From Silvanigrellaceae bacterium (lineage in GTDB: Bacteria; Bdellovibrionota_B; Oligoflexia; Silvanigrellales; Silvanigrellaceae): DNA of 41,845 nucleotides. Positions 25,793-34,854 of the stretch are shown one piece after another. The stretch lies in NCBI GenBank assembly GCA_049423385.1, contig JBMSQQ010000021.1, positions 1 to 41,845 of the forward strand, in the 5' to 3' direction. A program made the position numbers and the translations under genes. Positions within the stretch are counted from its first letter, which is position 1. Every line of letters begins with the position of its first letter. Below the pieces are notes generated by a model, which ran no database searches, was not told where the DNA came from, and saw only the letters and a list, made by a program, of their open reading frames with translations.

Positions 25793-27151
25793 TCAGATGA
25801 TTTCAAAATATCGCTTGCGTTCCCAATCCGTCACTGCTTTTGAATATTCACGCCATTCCCACAAGCGGGTGTTGGTGAAATGTTCTACAAATTCTGAACC
25901 CAGCAACTCACGGGCGAGCTTTGAGTCGCGCATGTTCACACTGGCCTCGAACAGGTTCCGTGGCAATGTTCCGTTGGATTTGTCGGCATAGCCGTTGCCC
26001 TTTGTTTGTTTCACTTTCAGAGGCAACTTGTGCTTGATGCCGTAAAGACCTGAGGCAAGTGCAGCCGCCATTGCCAAATAGGGGTTTGCATCAGCACCCA
26101 CAACCCTCAGTTCCATGCGGGTCGACTTGTCGGAACCCGGAAGTGCACGGATCGCGGTCGTGCGGTTGTCCACTCCCCAGGTGAGTGTTGTTGGGGCCCA
26201 GGCTCCTTCCACAAGACGCTTGTAACTGTTGATGGTTGGAGCATACATGGGTGTCAGGTGAGGCATGCAGTGCAATACGCCCGCCATGTAGTGCTTCATC
26301 GTATCGCTCATGCGATCGCCCGCCTTGGCATCATAAAAAATATTTTTTCCATTTTTCCACAAGCTCTGATGAACGTGCCCCGAACTTCCTGGCAACGATG
26401 CGTTCCATTTGGCCATGAAGGTTGGAATGACGCCATGGAAACTGCCAATCTCCTTCACTGCCGCCTTGAACAAAACCGCGCGATCGGCAGCTTCAAGAAT
26501 GTCACTGTAGAGAATGGCCGCTTCATAAACCCCAGGACCCGTTTCCGTGTGCAGTCCTTCCAGTGGAACATTGTATCTTGCCAGCAGATCAAAAAGGTCA
26601 TTGAAAAATCCATTGTTCTGAATCGGCCTCAGCAATGAATAGCCAAACATGCCCTTGCTGAGGGTTTCAGGCTCAAGAAAACCTTTTTCATGCAGGGTTT
26701 CAGAACTCTCGGTGAAGTTGAACCATTCGAACTCCTGGCTGAAAAATGCGCTGAATCCCTGCTTTTCGGCTTGCCCCTTGATCCTCTTCAACAGATTGCG
26801 TGGACAAATGGGCAATGGCTGGCCATCGGCAGTCCAAAAATCACCGAGGAAAAACGGAACGTCGTGATCCCAAGGGACCGTTCGATAGGTTGAGAGGTCG
26901 AGGTGCACCTGTGCATCCGGGTAACCAGAATGCCAACCCGTGTAGGAAACATTGTCGTAACAAACGTCGCTGGAGTCCCAACCCAGGACAACATTGCAAA
27001 AGCCCAGCCCACTGCCGGCAACCGACTCGAATTTTTTTTGATGAATGACTTTTCCGCGCAAAACCCCGTCCATGTCGGTGACTGCGAGTTTCACCTTCTG
27101 GCCGGGGTACTTCTTGACGAGTTGCAGGACATCTTCTTTTTTCGCCGCCAT
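25793..27151 (-). CDS. Glutamine synthetase-like gamma-glutamylamide ligase (PuuA/GlnA4-like)
   Basis: D.DG.LRGK, CPR..L, E.EW, HTETGPGVYE, FMAK......GS..HVHQSL, P.INSYKRL...WAPT...WG.DNR, ELR..GADANPYL; first gene of a catabolic operon. Alternative start at 27172. Confidence 0.92.
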   Translation of the reverse strand: MAAKKEDVLQLVKKYPGQKVKLAVTDMDGVLRGKVIHQKKFESVAGSGLGFCNVVLGWDSSDVCYDNVSYTGWHSGYPDAQVHLDLSTYRTVPWDHDVPFFLGDFWTADGQPLPICPRNLLKRIKGQAEKQGFSAFFSQEFEWFNFTESSETLHEKGFLEPETLSKGMFGYSLLRPIQNNGFFNDLFDLLARYNVPLEGLHTETGPGVYEAAILYSDILEAADRAVLFKAAVKEIGSFHGVIPTFMAKWNASLPGSSGHVHQSLWKNGKNIFYDAKAGDRMSDTMKHYMAGVLHCMPHLTPMYAPTINSYKRLVEGAWAPTTLTWGVDNRTTAIRALPGSDKSTRMELRVVGADANPYLAMAAALASGLYGIKHKLPLKVKQTKGNGYADKSNGTLPRNLFEASVNMRDSKLARELLGSEFVEHFTNTRLWEWREYSKAVTDWERKRYFEII

Positions 27152-27218
27152 TTCCAAAATTCTCCGCATCACCCAGAAAATCGGGGTCGGAGTATCGTAC
27201 GAAACGGCGGCAGCGAGG

Positions 27219-27746
27219 TCAGTTGTTTGAGGGCGTCATACCTTTGACTATCGTAAGATTCGCGGATTGGGTCCGGCAGTTCGGATTATTGAACAGCACT
27301 TTTCCATCGCGCTGAGAGACCTTTACGCGACCTTGCGAGTATTCAATCAATACCGAAGCCAACGGCTCGGAGGTCGACTTGATGCCAATCTGGGTCGACA
27401 ACTTGCTTGGGTTCAACAACAGGGTCGCAGAATTTTGCGACATGCGGTTGAAGTCGAAAACCGAATTGATTGTTCCCTTGATGGATTGCGATCTGCTCTG
27501 CTCTGAGTCTCCCACTTTCTCAACCATGATTCTGAACAGCGAAACCGACTGGCCAGCAACCCTCAACTCGAGCGAATCAAGAGTCGACACGTGGCGGCTT
27601 TCGGCTGTGCTTCGGCATTTGACGACAAGATTCGGTTCGCTGGAAACCGAGGCCGTTTGCGCATCAACTTCCGGGTGGGTCGCATCCGATTTTCCACAGG
27701 ACACAAAAATCAGTCCAGACACGAATACAGTGATGATCTTCAACAT
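27219..27746 (-). CDS. Hypothetical lipoprotein
   Basis: MLKIITVFVSGLIFVSC lipobox; GAGGAGG RBS; two further Cys residues. Confidence 0.8.
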   Translation of the reverse strand: MLKIITVFVSGLIFVSCGKSDATHPEVDAQTASVSSEPNLVVKCRSTAESRHVSTLDSLELRVAGQSVSLFRIMVEKVGDSEQSRSQSIKGTINSVFDFNRMSQNSATLLLNPSKLSTQIGIKSTSEPLASVLIEYSQGRVKVSQRDGKVLFNNPNCRTQSANLTIVKGMTPSNN

Positions 27747-27780
27747 AAAAAATCCTCCTCATGCAGTTTGCCGGGAGGAA

Positions 27781-27796
27781 AGCAATTTCCTTGCCA
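27781..27796 (-). promoter_or_regulatory. Sigma54 (-24/-12) promoter candidate
   Basis: TGGCAA-GGAAA-TTGCT versus TGGCAC-N5-TTGCW; 35 nt upstream of ATG 27746. Confidence 0.75.
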
Positions 27797-27873
27797 GGAG
27801 CAAGAAGCGGATAACACTGGGTATTACGGGGCATTCCAGTGTCCAGGGATTGAACACTTTGGTGAAGACTTCG

Positions 27874-29211
27874 TCAGAATGCGAAGTTTCCGGTGATACC
27901 AATACCGTTGGACTCGGTCTTTTGCTGCTTGGTGTTGTTCTTCTCGCTGTAGTTGAGAATTTGCAGGGAATATCTCCAGCCAACCCCAAACCCACCCACG
28001 AGCTTGCGGAATCCGAAAAATGCACTTGCATGCAGGCTGTCGGCAGGCAACCCCACCAGTGCCGCCTGAGCACCCAAATCCTCGAGCGGCGAACGGGCAA
28101 AGACTCCATTGAAACTCAGATCCGTCGACGAGCTGAACATGTATTTTGCCGAAGCATCAAATCCCAACCGGTCACCCAGAAGATCAAATCCAGACAATGC
28201 AAGCAGATAGGCTCCCGAAGAAGTCCCCTCGCGCTTGCCTGTCGCACCGCCCACCACCGTGTTCAAAAGACTTTTCGAAGTCGAATATCCTGGCCCGGCA
28301 TCAATATAAAAATTCAACAGTGAAGCTGCGATTCGTGCGTGCAGCCAATGATCGTACGATGTGATTTCGGGAAACTTTTGATCATCACTCCAGGCGCGAT
28401 CATATGTGAGAGTGTAATGACCAGAGAGATTCGAAAGAATCAGAAAACCGGTGTCGCTTTGGAATGACGCGCGTTTCGAAACTGGCAACGGACCACCGCC
28501 AACTTCACCATATTTTCCTTCAAAGGACTGCCTGACAAATCGATAATAGACGGGCGTGCGGATGCTTCCCCAGCGGCGACGATAAACCCCGGATTCGATA
28601 TCTTGGCCGGACGACTTCACGGCGGCTTGCCCAACGGCATAGCCAAACCCGGGTTCGATTTGCATTCCAGGATTCCCTGCAACGATTGGAATGCCACGGA
28701 GCCCCGCGTAAATTCCGAGCTCGCCTTGCAGAACATAATCACCTGACGAGGGATTCAAAAGATAATCAATTCCAAGAACAGGGCGCACATTGAGGGAAAA
28801 CGCAGCCGGAGCCCAGTTTGGAAAAAACGGAGACGGATGCACGCTCGATTCATCTTGGGTTGGTGCCGTCTTTGCCTTTCCTGGTACTGGTTTCCTCTTT
28901 GGCATGCGAGGTGCCGCCTTGGGCTTGCCCACATCTGTTTCAGGTGCAGATTTGACGGGTGCGTCCTGTGGCACGGGAGAACTTTTGGCTGGCTTCGCTT
29001 CCGATTCCGGAGAAGGCTTGGCAGGCGCCGATTCAGAACCTTGCGCCTCGGGCTCCGACGCTGAAGATTCATCCTGCGCTCGTGCTGTTGCACCAAACAT
29101 CGAGGCCACCGCGAAAACAGACACCACAAAACCCGAGCGAAGAACGGCAGCCAACTGCAACACGGTCACCCCCAAACGGAAAACGGCAATCATGAAAGAA
29201 TTTTGATTCAT
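27874..29211 (-). CDS. Putative outer-membrane beta-barrel protein with a disordered N-terminal linker (start uncertain)
   Basis: Signal peptide ending ATARA, about 80 aa of P/K/E/S-rich linker, alternating aromatic/Gly beta-strands, C-terminal GIGITGNFAF. Confidence 0.7.
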   Translation of the reverse strand: MNQNSFMIAVFRLGVTVLQLAAVLRSGFVVSVFAVASMFGATARAQDESSASEPEAQGSESAPAKPSPESEAKPAKSSPVPQDAPVKSAPETDVGKPKAAPRMPKRKPVPGKAKTAPTQDESSVHPSPFFPNWAPAAFSLNVRPVLGIDYLLNPSSGDYVLQGELGIYAGLRGIPIVAGNPGMQIEPGFGYAVGQAAVKSSGQDIESGVYRRRWGSIRTPVYYRFVRQSFEGKYGEVGGGPLPVSKRASFQSDTGFLILSNLSGHYTLTYDRAWSDDQKFPEITSYDHWLHARIAASLLNFYIDAGPGYSTSKSLLNTVVGGATGKREGTSSGAYLLALSGFDLLGDRLGFDASAKYMFSSSTDLSFNGVFARSPLEDLGAQAALVGLPADSLHASAFFGFRKLVGGFGVGWRYSLQILNYSEKNNTKQQKTESNGIGITGNFAF

Positions 29212-29249
29212 TCATGATTGCCATTCTTCCAGGAAGCGCGCAACAAAGC

Positions 29250-30395
29250 TCAGGGATTTCCGACGCAATTGCTGACGTACTTCTCATCCAGATAGCCACG
29301 ACCCACTTTGAGGAAAGTTGTGCCCGCGACTTTCTCATAGACCGTGACAGGCCAATCCAAACGATAGAACGAGGCGATGCGGTTTTCGGTCACGCTGCCC
29401 GGCAGATTCAAATAAACCGGAGCGACTCCCGAGGAAGGGTCGACCGACGAGACCTTGCAGCTCATTTTTCCGAATATCGTCAGTGAGCCCGACGACGGCT
29501 GGGTTGTGGGAACTGTAGCCGGAGTTGGACTTGGCTTCGGCGTTGCACTCACCTGGGGTGCAGGTGTTTGTTCGGGTTTTTGGGTGGGTGCTGCCGTCGG
29601 TTGAACAGGTGCTCCACCGATGCGAGATCCAACCGAAGGATCAAGACTCCAGTTGCCAACGACGACCCTCATGCTGAGTGCAGAAACACCCTTGGTGATT
29701 GTCCAGCGATCATCAAGTGCGCGGCCTTCCATCGAATCAACCTGTGAGGTGAAGCCACCCAATGCATCAAACGAATCAAGCACGGTATGAAACACGCTGC
29801 GGATCTTTGCATTCGGGTTGCGAATACAACCGCCCGAAACGCGACGATCGTTTGGATCCGCGAATTCGAGAATTTCTTCATTCGAATTCCCGTGCATTCC
29901 ATAGGCGCCATTGAACCAAAGGACGTATCTGCCCAACGGGTTTCTGGATCCGCATGGTCCGTAGATTTGTGGATTTTGTGCGAAAACTTGTTGACGTTCC
30001 TGTTCACTTGAAACAATCCGCCCTGTCTTTGGATTCACGGGTTGACGAGGATACCAGGACGGACACATCTGCATGTCTTCCACGTTGAACACACCGGTGG
30101 GCGTGTATTGAGCTTGTCCATTGTGCCACTCACCCGAGACATCCGCGCTCGCAATATTCCACTGATCAACTGCAACACCATCTTTGTACATGGTCGCGCG
30201 ATTGGTTTTCAGATTCAATCGGAAGGCAATCTTGTTGCGCAGCGCTGCTTCAACTTCCGATCCGGAAGAGCCGCTGACAGCCCACATCACCTCAGCATCA
30301 ACGTCGGAGCTTTTCTTCACACAAGCAGTTTGTGCCACGACTGCACCGATCGCCAAGGCTGGAATCATGGATTTGATGGTGGTTTTCAGTTTCAT
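29250..30395 (-). CDS. L,D-transpeptidase (YkuD family) lipoprotein with P/T/Q linker and SH3-like C-terminal domain
   Basis: AQTAC lipobox; TPTG.F, P.W.P, NPLG, YGMHG...SGGCIR catalytic His/Cys; ATG 30395 follows AGGGAG. Confidence 0.85.
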   Translation of the reverse strand: MKLKTTIKSMIPALAIGAVVAQTACVKKSSDVDAEVMWAVSGSSGSEVEAALRNKIAFRLNLKTNRATMYKDGVAVDQWNIASADVSGEWHNGQAQYTPTGVFNVEDMQMCPSWYPRQPVNPKTGRIVSSEQERQQVFAQNPQIYGPCGSRNPLGRYVLWFNGAYGMHGNSNEEILEFADPNDRRVSGGCIRNPNAKIRSVFHTVLDSFDALGGFTSQVDSMEGRALDDRWTITKGVSALSMRVVVGNWSLDPSVGSRIGGAPVQPTAAPTQKPEQTPAPQVSATPKPSPTPATVPTTQPSSGSLTIFGKMSCKVSSVDPSSGVAPVYLNLPGSVTENRIASFYRLDWPVTVYEKVAGTTFLKVGRGYLDEKYVSNCVGNP

Positions 30396-30451
30396 GGCTT
30401 TCTCCCTCTGCAAAGACTCTCGAGTTCCGTCATGCGCTCTGCGAAGGATTG

Positions 30452-30467
30452 AGCAATTTCCGTTCCA
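30452..30467 (-). promoter_or_regulatory. Sigma54 (-24/-12) promoter candidate
   Basis: TGGAAC-GGAAA-TTGCT, one mismatch to TGGCAC-N5-TTGCW; AT-rich tract upstream. Confidence 0.7.
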
Positions 30468-30537
30468 ACATTGTATTCATGTTGTAAATCCTCAACACAA
30501 ATACATTTTATTCAATCAAAGATGGTCAATGACTGAC

Positions 30538-30565
30538 AAAAAAATAGACACCCCTGTCGGGTGTC
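30538..30565 (-). terminator. Rho-independent terminator after the 816-aa gene
   Basis: Minus strand GACACCC-GACAG-GGGTGTC-TATTTTTTT. Confidence 0.8.
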
Positions 30566-30596
30566 CAGACATGTGAACAAAAGGAAGACAGCATGT

Positions 30597-33047
30597 TCAG
30601 TTGCAAGGCCCTCCACTGCCATTGGCAGGATTTGCGACCGGTTCATTCAATTCAGGAAGCTGAGGCAAGACCACACCATTCACCCTGACACCGTTGTGCG
30701 TGGAAAGCACAAAGGACGGCATCGCAAGAAAGGTGAACATCGTTCCGCTGTCTCCGGGACCCGCCGTTTGAAAGCCATCGTTTGCATCGACGCCTTCAAA
30801 TTTGAACACGACCCGACTGCTGACATATTTCATCAGATCCTGCTCCGGACCCGGCGTGAGGTAATTGTTGTTGATTCTCACTCCGTAGACCGTGCTCTTG
30901 GGTTTGATTCCAACCGGAGTTTGATCAAACGCGCCAAATCCTGCAGGCCGTGAAAACAAATCATCACAAGAGGTACCTGCATAGCTGACACCATCGTCCA
31001 TGCCAATCGGAATCACGGCAACGGGATTGTTCTTTGCAACCGGCGCAAGGAAATTGAAAAACAAAGGACCACCTGCAACCGACGCATTGCCAAACACGGG
31101 AAAAGCCAATGCACCCAATCGTCCTCCCAGCGTGCTCTTGTCGCCATTGGCTCCAAGAAAGGTGGGAGCCAATGCACAGGTCGCTTGCAGAACTCCCTGC
31201 ATGGCCCGTGCGAGTCCCTGAACCCTTGGTGCTTCCTTGAAAGGTTCCTTGTTCATCAGCAAAACTTCAAACCAAAAGCGCAACTGAAAAGCCATAAACT
31301 TGAGGTTGGCCGTGTACATGGAATCCGTTGAACGGACCGCCAGCGGGTGATTGGCGTCTGTCATGGCACTTAAAAAAATCTTGAACAGGAAAACGCCGGG
31401 TCTGCGCGAGACGAACTCGAGAAGGTCGAACGACTGGGCATCCTTCAGGGCAAGCTCTTCGAGAGCTTCGCTGTCGGGGGGTTGAAAATCGCGACGTGCG
31501 CAATTTGTTCCAGTGATTGCGCCAACGCCAGCGTTGACAATTCCCCCCAGAATTCCACCGCCAACCTTTTCCTCGATGTAGTTGCATGCGGTTTGGGACA
31601 CGAATTCCTGCAGGCGACCCGGTTTGCCAAGATCGGCCGGAAAGTCGCTCGAGACGATCGTGAAGTATTTCTGGAACGGAACAAACCTCGGGAAAATTTG
31701 CTCGCGGCTTGTGACACCAAACAAGTATCTCGGGAGGTTTTTTTTCGTATCCTCCGAATCGGTGTCCTTCAGTTCACTTGGCACGGCAATTCTCATTTCA
31801 TAATCATACGCCTGCAATCGTCGCCCATGCTGCAATCCATCCGCGATGGACAACAGGAACTTGTTCACGGAGAGCAACTTTCCGGTTCCCGACAAAACGT
31901 TGTTGAATGAATTCACCAGTTGATTGTCGCCAGGATCGGCTCCCGCTTTCAGGCTTTCACCACGAATGTAATCGACAGCCAGTTTTCGACCTTTCTCCAG
32001 GGCATTGGCTCCAGTCTTGTCGAGAATGCTGTTTTGTGAGGATTGAATCTGAGCAGAACTGATTGTTCCCTTGAATGTCCCCACGTCGCTCATCGAGAAA
32101 CAGTCGACAAACTTGGGTGGTTCACCATTCAATTTGGGAAAGTCTGCTTCAGAATAGTTGACACAAAACTTTTCAAGCGTCGACATGTAGGATTGAGATG
32201 AACGGCCATCCGTGGAACGTAAAATCAGTATTTTTTCGTTGAGTTTTGGATCCGATGCCAGACCGTTTCCGCCTGCGGTCGAAATGATTTTTCGTCGCCA
32301 GGAGCCACCATCGGTGTCGCTCAACTGAACGGGTACATAAGCGCCCCTGTCCAGGTTGAACGAAGGCTTTGTGAGCGCAACAGGCAGAAAAACCTGCAAT
32401 GTGACGGCGTCTGCGTAGGCGGGTTGGTAGCAGTGCTCGGCCGTCCAGACCCGCAACCTGTCGCCGCCCGAAGACTGCACTGTGTCCTTGGGGTCCATGG
32501 AAAACTGTGCCGTACATCGTTTGGACGTCAGTCTGGGCTTCTGCCATTTGCTTAAAAACTCATTTTTGACTGATAGATCCTGAAGCGTGCGCTGAACGAC
32601 ACGGCTCAGGCAGCGAGATATCCAAAGATCTGCCGATGGGCCTGGCGAATCCGTTGCAGTGCAGTACGGGATATTCAAGACGTCCACATATCCGCTGGGG
32701 TTTCCTTCATCCTGAAACTTTGCCATGTTCGTCGCGACACCATGAAAGGAAATGTCGACGTAACCACCCGTTCTCAGCAGCTTCGTGAGTTTGGTGGAAT
32801 CGCGCGCAGCGTCCACTCCTTCCTGGGTGGTCGTCAATCCAAGTGGTCCGCCGGGTGGAATTGAACCCGTCAATCGGGCCTCGACTGATCCTTTTTGGCA
32901 ATTCTGGCTGCTGGTGGCCGAACCCTTCTTGGTCCCCACCACATTGCCGCCCTTTGTCGAAATCGAATTGCCTGCGCAACCCCCAGCAACCAAGAGCAAA
33001 AGTATTGCGACTTTGGACCACCTGTCACCGACGATTTCATTCCACAT
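30597..33047 (-). CDS. Lipoprotein with widely spaced trypsin-like catalytic motifs (816 aa)
   Basis: LLLLVAGGC lipobox; RCT...RVWTAEHC (H205), DCFSMSDV (D321), PGDSGT (S767). Confidence 0.65.
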   Translation of the reverse strand: MWNEIVGDRWSKVAILLLLVAGGCAGNSISTKGGNVVGTKKGSATSSQNCQKGSVEARLTGSIPPGGPLGLTTTQEGVDAARDSTKLTKLLRTGGYVDISFHGVATNMAKFQDEGNPSGYVDVLNIPYCTATDSPGPSADLWISRCLSRVVQRTLQDLSVKNEFLSKWQKPRLTSKRCTAQFSMDPKDTVQSSGGDRLRVWTAEHCYQPAYADAVTLQVFLPVALTKPSFNLDRGAYVPVQLSDTDGGSWRRKIISTAGGNGLASDPKLNEKILILRSTDGRSSQSYMSTLEKFCVNYSEADFPKLNGEPPKFVDCFSMSDVGTFKGTISSAQIQSSQNSILDKTGANALEKGRKLAVDYIRGESLKAGADPGDNQLVNSFNNVLSGTGKLLSVNKFLLSIADGLQHGRRLQAYDYEMRIAVPSELKDTDSEDTKKNLPRYLFGVTSREQIFPRFVPFQKYFTIVSSDFPADLGKPGRLQEFVSQTACNYIEEKVGGGILGGIVNAGVGAITGTNCARRDFQPPDSEALEELALKDAQSFDLLEFVSRRPGVFLFKIFLSAMTDANHPLAVRSTDSMYTANLKFMAFQLRFWFEVLLMNKEPFKEAPRVQGLARAMQGVLQATCALAPTFLGANGDKSTLGGRLGALAFPVFGNASVAGGPLFFNFLAPVAKNNPVAVIPIGMDDGVSYAGTSCDDLFSRPAGFGAFDQTPVGIKPKSTVYGVRINNNYLTPGPEQDLMKYVSSRVVFKFEGVDANDGFQTAGPGDSGTMFTFLAMPSFVLSTHNGVRVNGVVLPQLPELNEPVANPANGSGGPCN

Positions 33048-33149
33048 GAAGATGCCCCCGACACAGTCCCCCGTATCGGAATCAAGAATGAAAAAGCGAA
33101 GGAAAGTCTTTCAACTCATCAAATTAATTAACTTAATTATTCGAACTCA

Positions 33150-34682
33150 TTATCGTGAGAGAGTCACCTGGACTTTGTAATCCAGGTTGGCTTTTCCCTT
33201 CGCAGGAACTTCAACCTGCCACTCGGCATTGTCTTTATTGATCTTCTTGTACTCGGCACTGCTGCTGGTGATCTTCCATTCACCAGGAATAACCTCGCGA
33301 AAGATGACTTTCTGGGCTTTGGACTTCGCATTCTTGAACGTGACACGCACTCCCGATTCGGTGCTGCGCACAACTTTTTTCAATCCACCTGTCACTGGAA
33401 CGTTCTTGAACGACGTCCTCTTGCGACGAGCCGTCACATCAAACGAACTGCCCAACCGGACGCGCACGCGCTCGCCCTCGGGCACATGACGAATGTTGTC
33501 TTCGCCCAAAAATTGCGACATGTTGTTTTTGTCTTTTTTGTACACCCGCACCGTTCCTGCAGGCATCGGCATGCCAAGACGGGACTGTTTGTCGTTTTCA
33601 AACACGAGAAAGACTCCACCCCCCACAGGTGCGCCGAGTTCGGCATCATCCGGTGAGCCTTCGCCCTCTCCAGCCTCTTCGGAAAAAGCTCCCGATGGAT
33701 CGTTGTAGAAGTTCTGCCCCGACGATGTGAAAACCAGTTCCTTCCGCGAAGCAACATCGGCAGCTTGAAGCATTGTCACCTGCTTGGTCTGGTTGGACAT
33801 CACACTTGTGCTGCGCGGAAGGGTGTAGAGGTGATACTCAAAAAACGCATCACTGCTCATGTTCGGCGGCGCAGAATCTGCCTCGGCAGCATATGCCATG
33901 ACCATTTCAGCGGTCCGGGACATCGCCTTGGAGCGGTATGAGCCACGATCCACGGTTTGAATATCTCCACCCATCAACTGCAGCTGGGCGTTGCGAAAGC
34001 TTGTGCCGCTCTGGTTGGTGAGGGTCACCAAACCTGTGAGCTGCGTGCTGTCCTCCTCGGTGTTGAGCTCGGCGATGTAGTCGGCCTTCCAGTTGATGCC
34101 ATCGCTCAGATAGTTCAACTCAACCTCGCGCTCGCCCCGTTTTTTGCTGTCTACAAGCAGACTGAGCGTCGGCTCCGCGCGCAGGTTTGCGGGCACTTCC
34201 GAAAATGACAACCGACCGGGGATGCCTGTCTCGATGCGATCCTTGGTCTTGAGCACAACCCCATTTGCCACTGCGAGCACTTCGGCTGGTTCACTGGTTT
34301 CACTTCCGTTTGTTGGATGGGTGCGGATGATCGACACAGACTTGCCGAGATACTTTTCGAGCATTTTCTGCGGCGAAAGAAGATCGAATTCAAGATTCTG
34401 TTCGAGAACGGCAATGTCGGCAGACGAGGATACAGCCTTGAATTGGGCGGTTTCCGCGCGCATTTGTGCACTCACGTCCTGAAACTCCAAAAAGACACGG
34501 CCTTTTTCGAAATTGATTTTGCGGCTGTCACGGATCATTGCGCGGCCATTGGAATAGACGGTGAGGGAAAGCTTGGTTTGATCTGCGGCGCGGCTGCGCA
34601 GCAGGGATTGGTCTTGAGCAGAGGCTATCGAGGAAAGAAATCCCAAAACTGAAAGCAAGGACAAACGAGCGCTGGCAGACAT
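33150..34682 (-). CDS. DUF4139-domain exported protein
   Basis: Signal peptide ending ASA; LTVYS.G.A.IRD.R, LEQN..FDLL.P...LEKY.G, L.YL..G..WKADY, EYHLY.L, G.P.PAG.VRVY, F.GE..I.H.P. Confidence 0.85.
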   Translation of the reverse strand: MSASARLSLLSVLGFLSSIASAQDQSLLRSRAADQTKLSLTVYSNGRAMIRDSRKINFEKGRVFLEFQDVSAQMRAETAQFKAVSSSADIAVLEQNLEFDLLSPQKMLEKYLGKSVSIIRTHPTNGSETSEPAEVLAVANGVVLKTKDRIETGIPGRLSFSEVPANLRAEPTLSLLVDSKKRGEREVELNYLSDGINWKADYIAELNTEEDSTQLTGLVTLTNQSGTSFRNAQLQLMGGDIQTVDRGSYRSKAMSRTAEMVMAYAAEADSAPPNMSSDAFFEYHLYTLPRSTSVMSNQTKQVTMLQAADVASRKELVFTSSGQNFYNDPSGAFSEEAGEGEGSPDDAELGAPVGGGVFLVFENDKQSRLGMPMPAGTVRVYKKDKNNMSQFLGEDNIRHVPEGERVRVRLGSSFDVTARRKRTSFKNVPVTGGLKKVVRSTESGVRVTFKNAKSKAQKVIFREVIPGEWKITSSSAEYKKINKDNAEWQVEVPAKGKANLDYKVQVTLSR

Positions 34683-34854
34683 GAATGAAGTCCTTTCAAG
34701 CATTGCCAAAGTCGGTCCATAACCATGGCATGAATAGATACAGATTCGCACTCTCGCAGTTTACCGACCTCGTTTCGCGAGTTCAACAGCGCTTGGAAAA
34801 CGATCTGAAAAGAAAGTGACCGGCATGATGAATCTGTTCTTGGTCCGCTTGGCA

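Noticed and set aside
27379..28323. 314-aa + strand ORF spanning two minus-strand genes
   Set aside because: Antisense to a lipoprotein with clear SD and promoter and to the beta-barrel gene; no recognisable motifs.
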